From: a virus
Lineage: Duplodnaviria > Caudoviricetes
IMG/VR virus record: IMGVR_UViG_3300033067_002094
Coordinates: 1-38,898 of that record
Strand: one strand, 5' to 3'
Length of the DNA stretch: 38,898 bases
Under the pieces are notes generated by a model that was not told the DNA's origin, searched no databases, and saw only the letters and a list, made by a program, of their open reading frames with translations. Below, piece by piece: positions 16,376 through 24,674 of this stretch (position 1 is the first letter of the stretch; each line of letters starts with the position of its first letter). A program made the position numbers and the translations under genes.

Positions 16376-17332
16376 TTACAAGCTGGTTACGTGTACGATT
16401 TTAGCTTCGCCAGGATTTGCGGTATCCCAAATGACACCGAAGTCCAGGATACCGTACCAGGCGACTGCACGCTGACGACCGAAGTCACCAGGGATTGCAG
16501 CGCGAAGTTCGGGATCGATCACGACAGCCATAGCAACAGCATCAGCTCCCAAGAAGATTGCTTCGCCAAGAACACCTGCGGTCCCGAGGGATCCAGAGAG
16601 TGCGTTAGCGTTGTTCACTTCAACGAAACGGATGTTTTCAATACGACCGATTTCGCCATTATATTTAGCAGCGGGATCGGTGTACTTGTGCCAGACTTCC
16701 CAAGCCGGATCAGAGAGAAGACCGCGCTTCCCTTTGGTCGAGATCAGGCAAACGTAGTCATCGCCTTCATAAGGAGGGATGAAAAGCGTCGAGAACATAT
16801 AATCGCGGATTTGTTCCACGTGGTACATATTCAGGTTTGCAGAAGCAGTTGCCGGAGCAACGCCGCTGGTTCCAAAGGAGATCGAACCAACGCCCGTGGG
16901 AGTTGCTTTGATCTTGGCAGAGCTGGACTTGAACGCTGCAGCAGCTGCATTGTCCATGATCAACTTCATCTGATCCTTAAGAGCTCGCTGAGTGATGTTT
17001 TCCATGTTGAACATGGAGAGGTCATCAGAAAACGAGGTGTAAGGAACCGATCGGCCCCATTCACTCACAGAGATTGCAACGGTCGTGATCGACAGTGCAT
17101 CTTCAGGAATCTTCGTTCCTTCAACAAGCTTACCGCTCGTCGGGATAGAGAGATTCGAAATACGAGTGATCGTGATCGAGTCGCCAGATTTCTTTCCGTA
17201 GCCAGGTTCCGGTCGAACGAATTGAAGCATCTTGCATTCCGCAATAGCTGCCTTTCGAAGCGCCGAAGACATCTCATGAGACTTATAAACGCCGCTAGGG
17301 GCGTCATAGGTCCAAGTAAAATTACTTGCCAT
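16376..17332 (-). CDS. Major capsid protein (N4-gp56-like family, HK97 fold)
   Basis: GKKSGDSITITR, YNGEIGRIENIRFVE and GDFGRQRAVAWYG motifs, SD GGAGG, following the scaffold gene. Confidence 0.92.
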   Translation of the reverse strand: MASNFTWTYDAPSGVYKSHEMSSALRKAAIAECKMLQFVRPEPGYGKKSGDSITITRISNLSIPTSGKLVEGTKIPEDALSITTVAISVSEWGRSVPYTSFSDDLSMFNMENITQRALKDQMKLIMDNAAAAAFKSSSAKIKATPTGVGSISFGTSGVAPATASANLNMYHVEQIRDYMFSTLFIPPYEGDDYVCLISTKGKRGLLSDPAWEVWHKYTDPAAKYNGEIGRIENIRFVEVNNANALSGSLGTAGVLGEAIFLGADAVAMAVVIDPELRAAIPGDFGRQRAVAWYGILDFGVIWDTANPGEAKIVHVTSL

Positions 17333-17350
17333 GTTTATCCTCCATGATTA

Positions 17351-18052
17351 TTAGCCCCTCCTCCGCATAGCCCGCATCTCAGCAATCATATTGGTTGGCT
17401 GAGCCTTGGGCGTAGGCATTGAAGGAACTGGCGCTCCGCTCGAACCTGCCACCATGGCAGGCTTTGACGGTAACGCTTGCCCCCCACTAGAAGCGTTCCT
17501 GATCCTCTGGATCTCCTCTCTTGCCTTCTGAGCTAGGATCGGAGTTCCTTGAGTGATGTTCATGTTACTGAACGTCCCCCTTTGGGTCTCTCTTCCTAGA
17601 ACAGACTCAACAAGAAATTCTGATCCCTTAAGATCAGGATGCCTCAAGTAGAAATCTTTCCAAACATTTTCTTTGTTTTCTTTTTCAGCAATCTCTGATC
17701 GGACTTTGTTCTGGGCGATGCTGATGACTTGTTCCAGAGCTGCGTCTGGGTCTTCAAAAATGAGCTGACCAAGCCTGACTTTTGGCTCTTCTGGAGTAGG
17801 CGCCGTAACCTGAGCAGTCTGAGCCGTTGCAAGCCCGTTTGCATAGGCTACTGCCTCGTCAGGTGTTTCAAATACTCGGCTACCGACAAAGTACTTTTTA
17901 GGAGCAGCAGGAATGGTGGCCTGAGTATCTCCCGTATTCGCCACTTGATCAGTGGGAGTATTGGCGGACATTTCTTGGATTGTCGGGTCACTTCCATGGA
18001 CGATTTGCGTTTCATGCGGTCCACCCTGGAAGAGTGAGGATTCAATTTCCAT
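17351..18052 (-). CDS. Capsid scaffolding protein
   Basis: Acidic, low-complexity N-terminus, a helical middle and a basic C-terminus (MRAMRRRG), directly upstream of the MCP. Confidence 0.75.
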   Translation of the reverse strand: MEIESSLFQGGPHETQIVHGSDPTIQEMSANTPTDQVANTGDTQATIPAAPKKYFVGSRVFETPDEAVAYANGLATAQTAQVTAPTPEEPKVRLGQLIFEDPDAALEQVISIAQNKVRSEIAEKENKENVWKDFYLRHPDLKGSEFLVESVLGRETQRGTFSNMNITQGTPILAQKAREEIQRIRNASSGGQALPSKPAMVAGSSGAPVPSMPTPKAQPTNMIAEMRAMRRRG

Positions 18053-18317
18053 CTTCTTGCTCCTTGTTAAATTCACGGGAGAGTTTTTCTCCTCGTTTGA
18101 TCTTTGCGATCAATCCTTGCTCTAGATCTTCATAAGCGCAGTATTCCGCCAAAGTGGTCACAAGTTCCATGTGATCAAACTTTCCAAGGCGGTACAGCTG
18201 AGCCAGTTCGACAATCTTTTGACGCTTAGCCTCTGAGAGAACTTGCTGAAGTTCTGCGAATGCCAGCTGGGAAATCTTTCCATCATTGATGATTTCAAGT
18301 CTCCTCTCGATGTTCAT
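18042..18317 (-). CDS. Small protein between portal and scaffold
   Basis: 91-aa helical ORF in a conserved podoviral position, overlap-coupled to the portal. Confidence 0.7.
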   Translation of the reverse strand: MNIERRLEIINDGKISQLAFAELQQVLSEAKRQKIVELAQLYRLGKFDHMELVTTLAEYCAYEDLEQGLIAKIKRGEKLSREFNKEQEDGN

Positions 18318-20248
18318 TTCAACATCCCTGTGGCTCTATTGCCTGGGAATTGAGTTCCAGGCATGGCGGAAGAGGCTGGCTGAGGTCCACCAGCAGAACC
18401 CATGTCATTGCTAGATCCCATGACTTGAGGGATCTGGCTCATCTGATCTGGACCGGCGGGAGGTTGGCCTGGGGCTCCGCCTTTCATGGCAGCTGCTTCT
18501 TGCGCTTCAACGGCAAGCTTTTCAGGATCAAGGTCGAGTGACTTCATGATCTCGGTGAGGAGTTTGCCGAAGTCATACTTCTTGATGAACTCTTCGGTGA
18601 GAGGCTGGACTCCGCCGATGGTCTGAAGGAGAGACATGAGTTTCTTGTAATCCTTCATCTTGTTCAGGATCATGGAAACACCGAAGACCTTGAACTTCAT
18701 GCCCTGAGCGACATCTTTGAAGCGCTCTTCAGGAGTCATGGCAGCGATCTCAAGAGCTCTGTCCTTGCCGAACATCGCGATGCTCTCGTCTTCGTCCCAG
18801 TCGTTTGCGTTCTGCATGATGGTTGGGACCATCTTCTTGAGGATTTCGACGATGTAGTTCTGCTCTAGGATCTTCGTGATTCCAGTGAACATCGAGGTGA
18901 TGGACTGTGACGCTTCTACCACTTCTGTGGCTTTTACGGCACGCGCAGGCATCGCGCCCATCCTGAGATCGTTTGTGATCGCGGCGGCGTTGAATTCCTG
19001 ATTTGTGGTGTTGTAAATCTGCATCACTTCAGGATTGAGCTGAGAAGTGACGACTGGTTCCAAGACCTTCATGCCTGGAGGACAGAGGTTGTTGACTTCG
19101 AGTGTTTCGCCTGGAGCGATGCCGTCAGCGATCTTGGTTTCATCAGCAAGCCATTCAGGGCGAAGCTGCTTGATCCCGTGAGCTGCCATGAGTCCATTGT
19201 CCAGAGCGAGATTGAACGTCTCATTCAAGGCAATATTCAGCATGGTCGGCGCATCCATTAATGCCTTGTGCCAAACTGATTTAGGAGTCCTGATGATTGG
19301 CACAGCCACAAAAGGACTGCCACCATGCCAGAACGGGGAGGGCTTAGGCTTAGCAATCAGCCATCGATCATTGGCAACGGTCCAAGTCACGTTCTCAGCG
19401 ATCACCTCTCCGGTATGCGGATTGATGAGAGTGCCCCAGCATTCCCAAAGACGGACGCGCTTGCGGTAGCTTGTGAAAGTTTGGTTCTGAGCAGTCTCAC
19501 GGGCCTTTCTGGCCACCTGCTCCATATCTTCAAATCCGCCAGTAATGGCGTTGACCATGTGCTCATCATAGATGGCATTCGGTCCTTTGGAGAGCTGTTT
19601 GACCGTATGAAGATCCATTTCGATTTGTTGGATCTGGAAAAGGTTGTCTCCGGTAGGATCCGGAAACCAATCTTCTTGTCTGATCAGGTCAATCTTGGAT
19701 CTCCAGACTTTCTTGTCTGTTCGGAAGAGTTTGGTCTTGATGACATTGTCATCGCCCATTTCCTGCTGCGTGTAAAAAGACGGCTTATCCACATACTCAC
19801 CATGAATCTTAGCGATGCACATGGACCCAAGAAGTCCCATCTTCACTGAATCAACAAGCTTCTCATCGAACTTAATGTGCTCGAGCTCGCGCTGCAATTT
19901 GCGCTTGATCTCGATTGGCTTGATTCGAGATTCCTTCGCTCCAGGTTCTCGCTCAACATCGAACCAGTCTCCGGTATCGATCATTGCTTGCTGGAAGAAA
20001 GAAGAGATCTGCTCCACAGCCAAAGCCTGCTTAGGAAGAAACTCTCGCGATTGACCGCGCTTTTTGTGGGAGAAATCGCCTTTGAGATTGTACGTGTCAT
20101 AGTTCAGTCTGTTCTGAACCATGCGGTCACGCTTGGCGATGTAGGCTTCTTGTCGATAATTATAGGTCGCTGTGATGATCGAACGCTCTTCTGGTTCAAT
20201 ATCATCTGGGAGCTGTAGCGGTCCTATGTAGTCAATCTCGCCCTTCAT
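18314..20248 (-). CDS. Portal protein
   Basis: 644 aa after TerL, with RVRLWECWG, SPFWHGGSPFV and KATEV motifs and a Pro/Gly/Met-rich C-terminal tail. Confidence 0.9.
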   Translation of the reverse strand: MKGEIDYIGPLQLPDDIEPEERSIITATYNYRQEAYIAKRDRMVQNRLNYDTYNLKGDFSHKKRGQSREFLPKQALAVEQISSFFQQAMIDTGDWFDVEREPGAKESRIKPIEIKRKLQRELEHIKFDEKLVDSVKMGLLGSMCIAKIHGEYVDKPSFYTQQEMGDDNVIKTKLFRTDKKVWRSKIDLIRQEDWFPDPTGDNLFQIQQIEMDLHTVKQLSKGPNAIYDEHMVNAITGGFEDMEQVARKARETAQNQTFTSYRKRVRLWECWGTLINPHTGEVIAENVTWTVANDRWLIAKPKPSPFWHGGSPFVAVPIIRTPKSVWHKALMDAPTMLNIALNETFNLALDNGLMAAHGIKQLRPEWLADETKIADGIAPGETLEVNNLCPPGMKVLEPVVTSQLNPEVMQIYNTTNQEFNAAAITNDLRMGAMPARAVKATEVVEASQSITSMFTGITKILEQNYIVEILKKMVPTIMQNANDWDEDESIAMFGKDRALEIAAMTPEERFKDVAQGMKFKVFGVSMILNKMKDYKKLMSLLQTIGGVQPLTEEFIKKYDFGKLLTEIMKSLDLDPEKLAVEAQEAAAMKGGAPGQPPAGPDQMSQIPQVMGSSNDMGSAGGPQPASSAMPGTQFPGNRATGMLK

Positions 20249-21126
20249 CCCTGACTTTCTTTAGTGATAATCCGTTCACTAGCTGGCTGACTCCATGAAT
20301 ACGCGGGAGCTGGAACTCTCGCAAGCCTTGGTTTCACCCAAGATCTCACCATAGCACAAATGTACTGAAGCGCGTCATGAGGATGAGAGTGCTCGTCCTT
20401 AATAGGCTTCAGCTTATTTGGTTCCTCGTCAAGTATTTTCTCGTCATATCGGTAGCCGCCTTCGAATCCTCTGACCAGAGTAGGACAATCGGCGAGAGCG
20501 ATCTGAAACTTCATCCCGCCTTTGCCAAGGCCACACAAGAAGAATTCTACCGCAGAGCGTCGTGACTCCCATGTTACTGGACCTGGAATGCATCCGATCC
20601 CTTTTTTTCCTAAGACCTGAGCACAGGTTGTCATGTCTGTGTCTTTGCGTCCGAAGCCTGATGGATCGATTACATCTCGCCAGTCTTTTGAATTGCTGGA
20701 CCACTGCGGGTAAGAAATTCGACATTGGGCAAGAACTTCAGATGAAAACTGGTCTGCTCCTTTGTTGACGGCTGTGAACTCTCGAATAACTCTAAGTTGT
20801 CCGTCAACGTATTGAGCAACAACACAAGCCGGAGTAAGGCCAAAGTCCCAGCCGCGAAGAATAGGTAAGCCAATAACTGGATCGATCGACGTTGTACTTC
20901 CATGGAATTTCCTTTGAAAGTCTGGATACACGGGCATCCCAGCATAGGAATCCCACTGGATCTCAAACTCCTGTAGATACTGTTGGATTGGCATCGCGGA
21001 CTTGATTGCGTCTCTGTAGGAAGGATCAGTCTTTTCAGGATTGGCGGAATAATGAAGCTGGAAGACAAAGAATTTGTTTTTAGGGTTCTTGTAGACTTCC
21101 ACTCCTGGGATTGGAAATCTGTTCAT
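20245..21126 (-). CDS. terL: Terminase large subunit, C-terminal (lid + RNase H-like nuclease) part
   Basis: YLQEFEI, ILRGWDFGLTPACVV, DPSG and HPHDALQY motifs, with its own SD (AGGAG-5nt-ATG). Confidence 0.88.
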   Translation of the reverse strand: MNRFPIPGVEVYKNPKNKFFVFQLHYSANPEKTDPSYRDAIKSAMPIQQYLQEFEIQWDSYAGMPVYPDFQRKFHGSTTSIDPVIGLPILRGWDFGLTPACVVAQYVDGQLRVIREFTAVNKGADQFSSEVLAQCRISYPQWSSNSKDWRDVIDPSGFGRKDTDMTTCAQVLGKKGIGCIPGPVTWESRRSAVEFFLCGLGKGGMKFQIALADCPTLVRGFEGGYRYDEKILDEEPNKLKPIKDEHSHPHDALQYICAMVRSWVKPRLARVPAPAYSWSQPASERIITKESQG

Positions 21127-21776
21127 GCTGACTCCTGGTCATTGCCTAGAGAGTCAAGCTGGTCGAATACGAGTCTCTTGAAGAACCCTGGAGCAGCACT
21201 AGAAATGGCTGTAAATCGGCCTCCACCCTCAAGAGTGGGGAATGAAGCTGCGTACATCTTCTGAGCCTCGGTCCAAAAAGCCATTTCGTCACCTAGAATC
21301 CCAGAAAAGGTGAATGCTCTGAGTTGGTCAGCGCCTTGTGGGAATCCCCTGATTGTCGATTCAATCTCTGGGAATCTCAGCTGACCAAAGATGTATTGAT
21401 GCTTAGGAATCAATTCCTTTGGGATCTTGTCCTCAGGAATATGTTCCAAAATGAATTTGGCTCTCTTAATCAGGTCGTCAGCATCGTCTTCCTTCTTCGA
21501 AACGAAGGCATTGGCTCTACCGATATGGAACATGGTGTCCCATAGATAGAGGGCGATATTGACCCATGACATGTACATTCGGCGCGACTTAGGAACTGCT
21601 ATGAGTTTCTCTCGCTGCCAGACTTTGACGTAAAGTTTTAGATAAAGAAGATGAGAGGGAAACTTCTTGATAGGCTCTTTTTCATCTGTCTGGTCTAGTG
21701 TGTAGACGCATTCAGACAAAAAAGCCCACGGATCGGACCTGTACAGAGACAGTTTCTCAATCCAGTGGGCTTCCAT
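21123..21776 (-). CDS. terL: Terminase large subunit, N-terminal ATPase part
   Basis: VPKSRRMYMSW (Walker A variant), ILGDEMAF (Walker B) and AISSA (motif III). Confidence 0.88.
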   Translation of the reverse strand: MEAHWIEKLSLYRSDPWAFLSECVYTLDQTDEKEPIKKFPSHLLYLKLYVKVWQREKLIAVPKSRRMYMSWVNIALYLWDTMFHIGRANAFVSKKEDDADDLIKRAKFILEHIPEDKIPKELIPKHQYIFGQLRFPEIESTIRGFPQGADQLRAFTFSGILGDEMAFWTEAQKMYAASFPTLEGGGRFTAISSAAPGFFKRLVFDQLDSLGNDQESA

Positions 21777-21785
21777 GTGAACCTA

Positions 21786-22091
21786 TTAATCGTGTTCTTT
21801 CATCTCTTTTTTGGCGCTCTCATGGCCTTCATGTCCGCCATGTCGCTTGGGATCATGGGAGTAGAATTGGCTATGAACAACGTGCTTTGCAATCTCATGG
21901 ATCGAAGAGCCTTCAGATCGTGCAGGAGATTCATCCTTGGCCTTGTAGCCGTCTTGCACTTTGAAGTTTTCCTTCTCGTCTCCACCGAAGCCCATTTTGT
22001 GATAGCCAGACTTGCCCGGATCGCCGTGCTCATCAACGACCTTGGGAGCCTTACCTTCACCAGATTCACGATTGAGAATATCTTTTTTCAT
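21786..22091 (-). CDS. Hypothetical charged Lys/His-rich protein
   Basis: Low-complexity ORF with an SD (AAGGAGG). Confidence 0.65.
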   Translation of the reverse strand: MKKDILNRESGEGKAPKVVDEHGDPGKSGYHKMGFGGDEKENFKVQDGYKAKDESPARSEGSSIHEIAKHVVHSQFYSHDPKRHGGHEGHESAKKEMKEHD

Positions 22092-22112
22092 CTTGCCTCC
22101 TTGCAAAGAAAT

Positions 22113-22433
22113 TTAGTTATACAAGTTAAGAACCAGAACACCAGTGCTGATAGTAGTTGCTGTGACTGCCTTCAATACCAGCCTGACACCTTTCGGGATC
22201 AAGACTGCTTCTTCCACTGGAGCTCCAGGCAGGAGAGCACAGAGGATTTGTTCGTTTCCACTTGAGCCATAGCCCAGGTAGACTCCAACAGTTCCAGGAA
22301 GAAGATAGCTCAGTCTAACAACATCTGCTCCTGTTGCTGCTGAGATCTGGACCCAAGTGGTCCCATCGACGTTAGTCGTCGCAAAGTTGTTCACAACCGT
22401 TAAGACAGGAACACGGCCATCTCGCCTGCTCAT
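22113..22433 (-). CDS. Hypothetical beta-rich, possibly virion, protein
   Basis: 106 aa, Val/Thr/Gly-rich, with an ATGA overlap with terS. Confidence 0.65.
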   Translation of the reverse strand: MSRRDGRVPVLTVVNNFATTNVDGTTWVQISAATGADVVRLSYLLPGTVGVYLGYGSSGNEQILCALLPGAPVEEAVLIPKGVRLVLKAVTATTISTGVLVLNLYN

Positions 22434-23206
22434 AGGTTCTCCTCAATCCAGGCATCCACATCATCTTTGGTTGTCTGGATAGTTGTTTTGACGCTTTGAC
22501 CTGGCGGTTCAGGTTCAGGGAGAAGGACATCCTCCCCGGTTTGCATCTCGTTTACCGCGACATCTTTAGGTTCTTCTGAATTCCCCATCTTGTCTAGCTT
22601 CTCATACATGGATCGGAGCAAATTGTTCTCGAGCTGGACTTGTTGGATGGGTTTGCCCATGGCTCTGTCCATGAACTTGAAGGCAGCTTCGACGCGGGTA
22701 GACGCTTTGGTCTTCGGGTCTAGCATTGCCTGAACGGCGGTTTGGATGGCTAGAGGGACAAGCTTGTGGATGAGTTTCTTGAAATCCATCCCCCAGATCT
22801 CGTCTTGGATACGCCGGATCTCAAACTGTCCGACTCTCGAGTTGAGCACTTGGTTCACATAGACCGTGCTCTTGCCTACTGTGGCAGCGATGTGAACGGG
22901 TTCCATGGCCATCGCCCCAAGATGAACGATAATCCCCTCTAGAGGCTTCAGCGCTTCCTCGGTGTGATTCCAATCGGCACGCGAAACAAACTCCGGACAG
23001 GATTGTCCTGCAGTGCGCCATCTCTTGAGCTGTTCGATCGTATATTCACCGGTGATGGCGGCTTCTTCTATCTCGATTCTGGCTTTGCGAGCGAGCTCGC
23101 GGACAACCATCTCCTTGGATAGGATCTTCTTGTCTAGGAACTGATCTAGGTCAGGGATTGGAACTCCCGTTTTTGGGAGTATCCCTTTTTGAGTGTCTTC
23201 GGACAT
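22430..23206 (-). CDS. terS: Putative terminase small subunit
   Basis: HTH-like IAATVGKSTVYVNQVL and RVEAAFKFMDRAMGKPIQQV motif typical of TerS-like proteins, upstream of terL. Confidence 0.65.
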   Translation of the reverse strand: MSEDTQKGILPKTGVPIPDLDQFLDKKILSKEMVVRELARKARIEIEEAAITGEYTIEQLKRWRTAGQSCPEFVSRADWNHTEEALKPLEGIIVHLGAMAMEPVHIAATVGKSTVYVNQVLNSRVGQFEIRRIQDEIWGMDFKKLIHKLVPLAIQTAVQAMLDPKTKASTRVEAAFKFMDRAMGKPIQQVQLENNLLRSMYEKLDKMGNSEEPKDVAVNEMQTGEDVLLPEPEPPGQSVKTTIQTTKDDVDAWIEENL

Positions 23207-23222
23207 ATTGCCCTCTAAAATA

Positions 23223-23299
23223 GGCGCTCCCCCCCCGAATCGAACGAGGACGCTAACAGCTCTGCGTCAAAGACGGAGCTGAGCCAAACCCTTGGGAGC
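23223..23299 (-). ncRNA. Atypical tRNA-like element (no proper D-arm, elongated anticodon arm, Gln-UUG loop)
   Basis: Acceptor GCTCCC/GGGAGC followed by G and CC(T), T-arm CCTCG-TTCGATT-CGGGG, and a central stem CAGCTCCGT/GCAGAGCTG closing loop CTTTGAC. Confidence 0.7.
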
Positions 23300-23313
23300 A
23301 AACCCCTATACCC

Positions 23314-23574
23314 TCAGTATTCTTCGCCCTGAGGTTCCACTGCTTTGTGTTTAGGACCATGAGAACCGACCATACGCGTGACATTTCGCTCATTGTCAAA
23401 CGGATCCAGGTCAGCCTCGAGGTGGTCATAACCACAGCGGAGGGGTTCGCTTGCTGCGTCTGCTGCTGATTTCTCCACCATGTCGGCTTCTGAAACGAGC
23501 GAATCAGTCGGCTTTTTTTTATAAACTTCTGATGGGTTTTCTTTCGCCATCATCTTTTCTTTGGCAGTGTCCAT
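23314..23574 (-). CDS. Hypothetical protein, first gene of the late arm
   Basis: Likely start MDTAKEK with SD GGGAG, 86 aa and acidic. Confidence 0.65.
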   Translation of the reverse strand: MDTAKEKMMAKENPSEVYKKKPTDSLVSEADMVEKSAADAASEPLRCGYDHLEADLDPFDNERNVTRMVGSHGPKHKAVEPQGEEY

Positions 23575-23609
23575 GAAGGTCTCCCGTGATCTCAGGATAC
23601 AGGGAATCC

Positions 23610-23653
23610 AAAAAATGAAAACGCCCCACTTGCTTTTTACAGCGAGTGAGGCG
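23610..23653 (-). terminator. Rho-independent terminator upstream of the late arm
   Basis: Minus-strand CGCCTCACTCGCT-loop-AGCAAGTGGGGCG followed by TTTTCATTTTTT. Confidence 0.75.
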
Positions 23654-23757
23654 ATACACTGTGGTGCAAGCAAGAGTGTAGAGACCTGATATCGCAACTA
23701 CGGCGACACATCAAGCCTACACTTGGCAAAGCCGGAAGCCAGTTGGCAATGCAAAAC

Positions 23758-24030
23758 ACTGGATTGGTTTTCGTGACTTTTGTCCCTATCAGAGACCAAA
23801 AGGGACTATCTGGAGGATTATCACGTTCGAGAGGGCGTGGTTGGAGATAACCAGTAGGTCGTGGGAGAGACGAATTCTCCTAAAGAAACTCCAGACATCA
23901 CGGGATGGTCCCTGGTGATGCTGTATTGATGGCGAAGCGAAACGACGCTCATGGTCGTGGGAAAATTGCCGAGATACTTAATCTTGAACCGAGACGTAAA
24001 AATCTCGTTTAGGATTAGTGTATCTCAAGC
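23758..24030 (+). ncRNA. Putative structured RNA / leader upstream of the initiator-like gene
   Basis: Multiple stems: TCTGGAG/CTCCAGA (23809/23889), a GAGA-tetraloop hairpin at 23821-23840, a hairpin at 23896-23920 and a long hairpin at 23971-24026. There is no ORF of 60 aa or more. Confidence 0.5.
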
Positions 24031-24065
24031 TCGCTCACTCTGCTCATAGGTATTCTGGATAAGAC

Positions 24066-24674
24066 ATGAACACACTGATAGACAAGCTTAGGCTGATACA
24101 GTCGATTATAGGTGATGTTGTTCTGGAGTTAGAGAGTTTCAGATCTGGTGATAGTCCAGCACAACCAGAATCACATCAGCTCAATCTTGAAGATATTTAC
24201 AAAAAATACCCCAGAAAGATTGGAAAAACTCCTGGGATGCGTAAAGCCAAGCAGATGATCAAGGGTCATTCGGATCTGATTCGCCTGGATGCTGCTGTGG
24301 ACAACTTTGCGAATTTCCATAAGACCAAGGGCACGGAGATCGGGTTCATCCCCTATTTTTCGACGTTCATGAATCAGTGGGAGGACTGGGTCTTGCTGGA
24401 AGAGAAAGTGATTTCACCCAACTCCCATCGAGATCTGGCTGAGAGGATTTTGACCTCTGTAGGAAAGTTCGGTCCTGATAGGGGTGCAGAGGCAAAGCAG
24501 TGGATTGGGGAGGTTGGCTGGCAGGCTGTGAAGCGCTTTGGCGGTTATGGCGGATTGTGTTCGAACCTGACCTATCAGAACATGGGCCTGTATCGGGACA
24601 AGCTTGAGGCTATCCTCAAAGATCTATTGAATTCTCCTGAACCAGACTATCCTCAAGGGGATGGAGCAGCATAG
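24066..24674 (+). CDS. Replication initiator/replisome-organiser-like protein with a DUF6475-like C-terminal domain
   Basis: YKKYPRKIGK..A and FIPYFSTFMNQWEDW motifs, plus a C-terminal VGKFG...AVKRFGGYGGLC pattern. Confidence 0.6.
   Translation: MNTLIDKLRLIQSIIGDVVLELESFRSGDSPAQPESHQLNLEDIYKKYPRKIGKTPGMRKAKQMIKGHSDLIRLDAAVDNFANFHKTKGTEIGFIPYFSTFMNQWEDWVLLEEKVISPNSHRDLAERILTSVGKFGPDRGAEAKQWIGEVGWQAVKRFGGYGGLCSNLTYQNMGLYRDKLEAILKDLLNSPEPDYPQGDGAA

Noticed and set aside
15902-17347. 481-aa plus-strand ORF
   Set aside because: Antisense to the MCP and decoration genes, with an Arg/Ser/Cys-rich composition typical of shadow frames.
23223-23299. tmRNA gene or attP tRNA fragment
   Set aside because: It is too short and lacks a G3-U70 pair and tag frame. 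No integrase was found and both acceptor strands are present.
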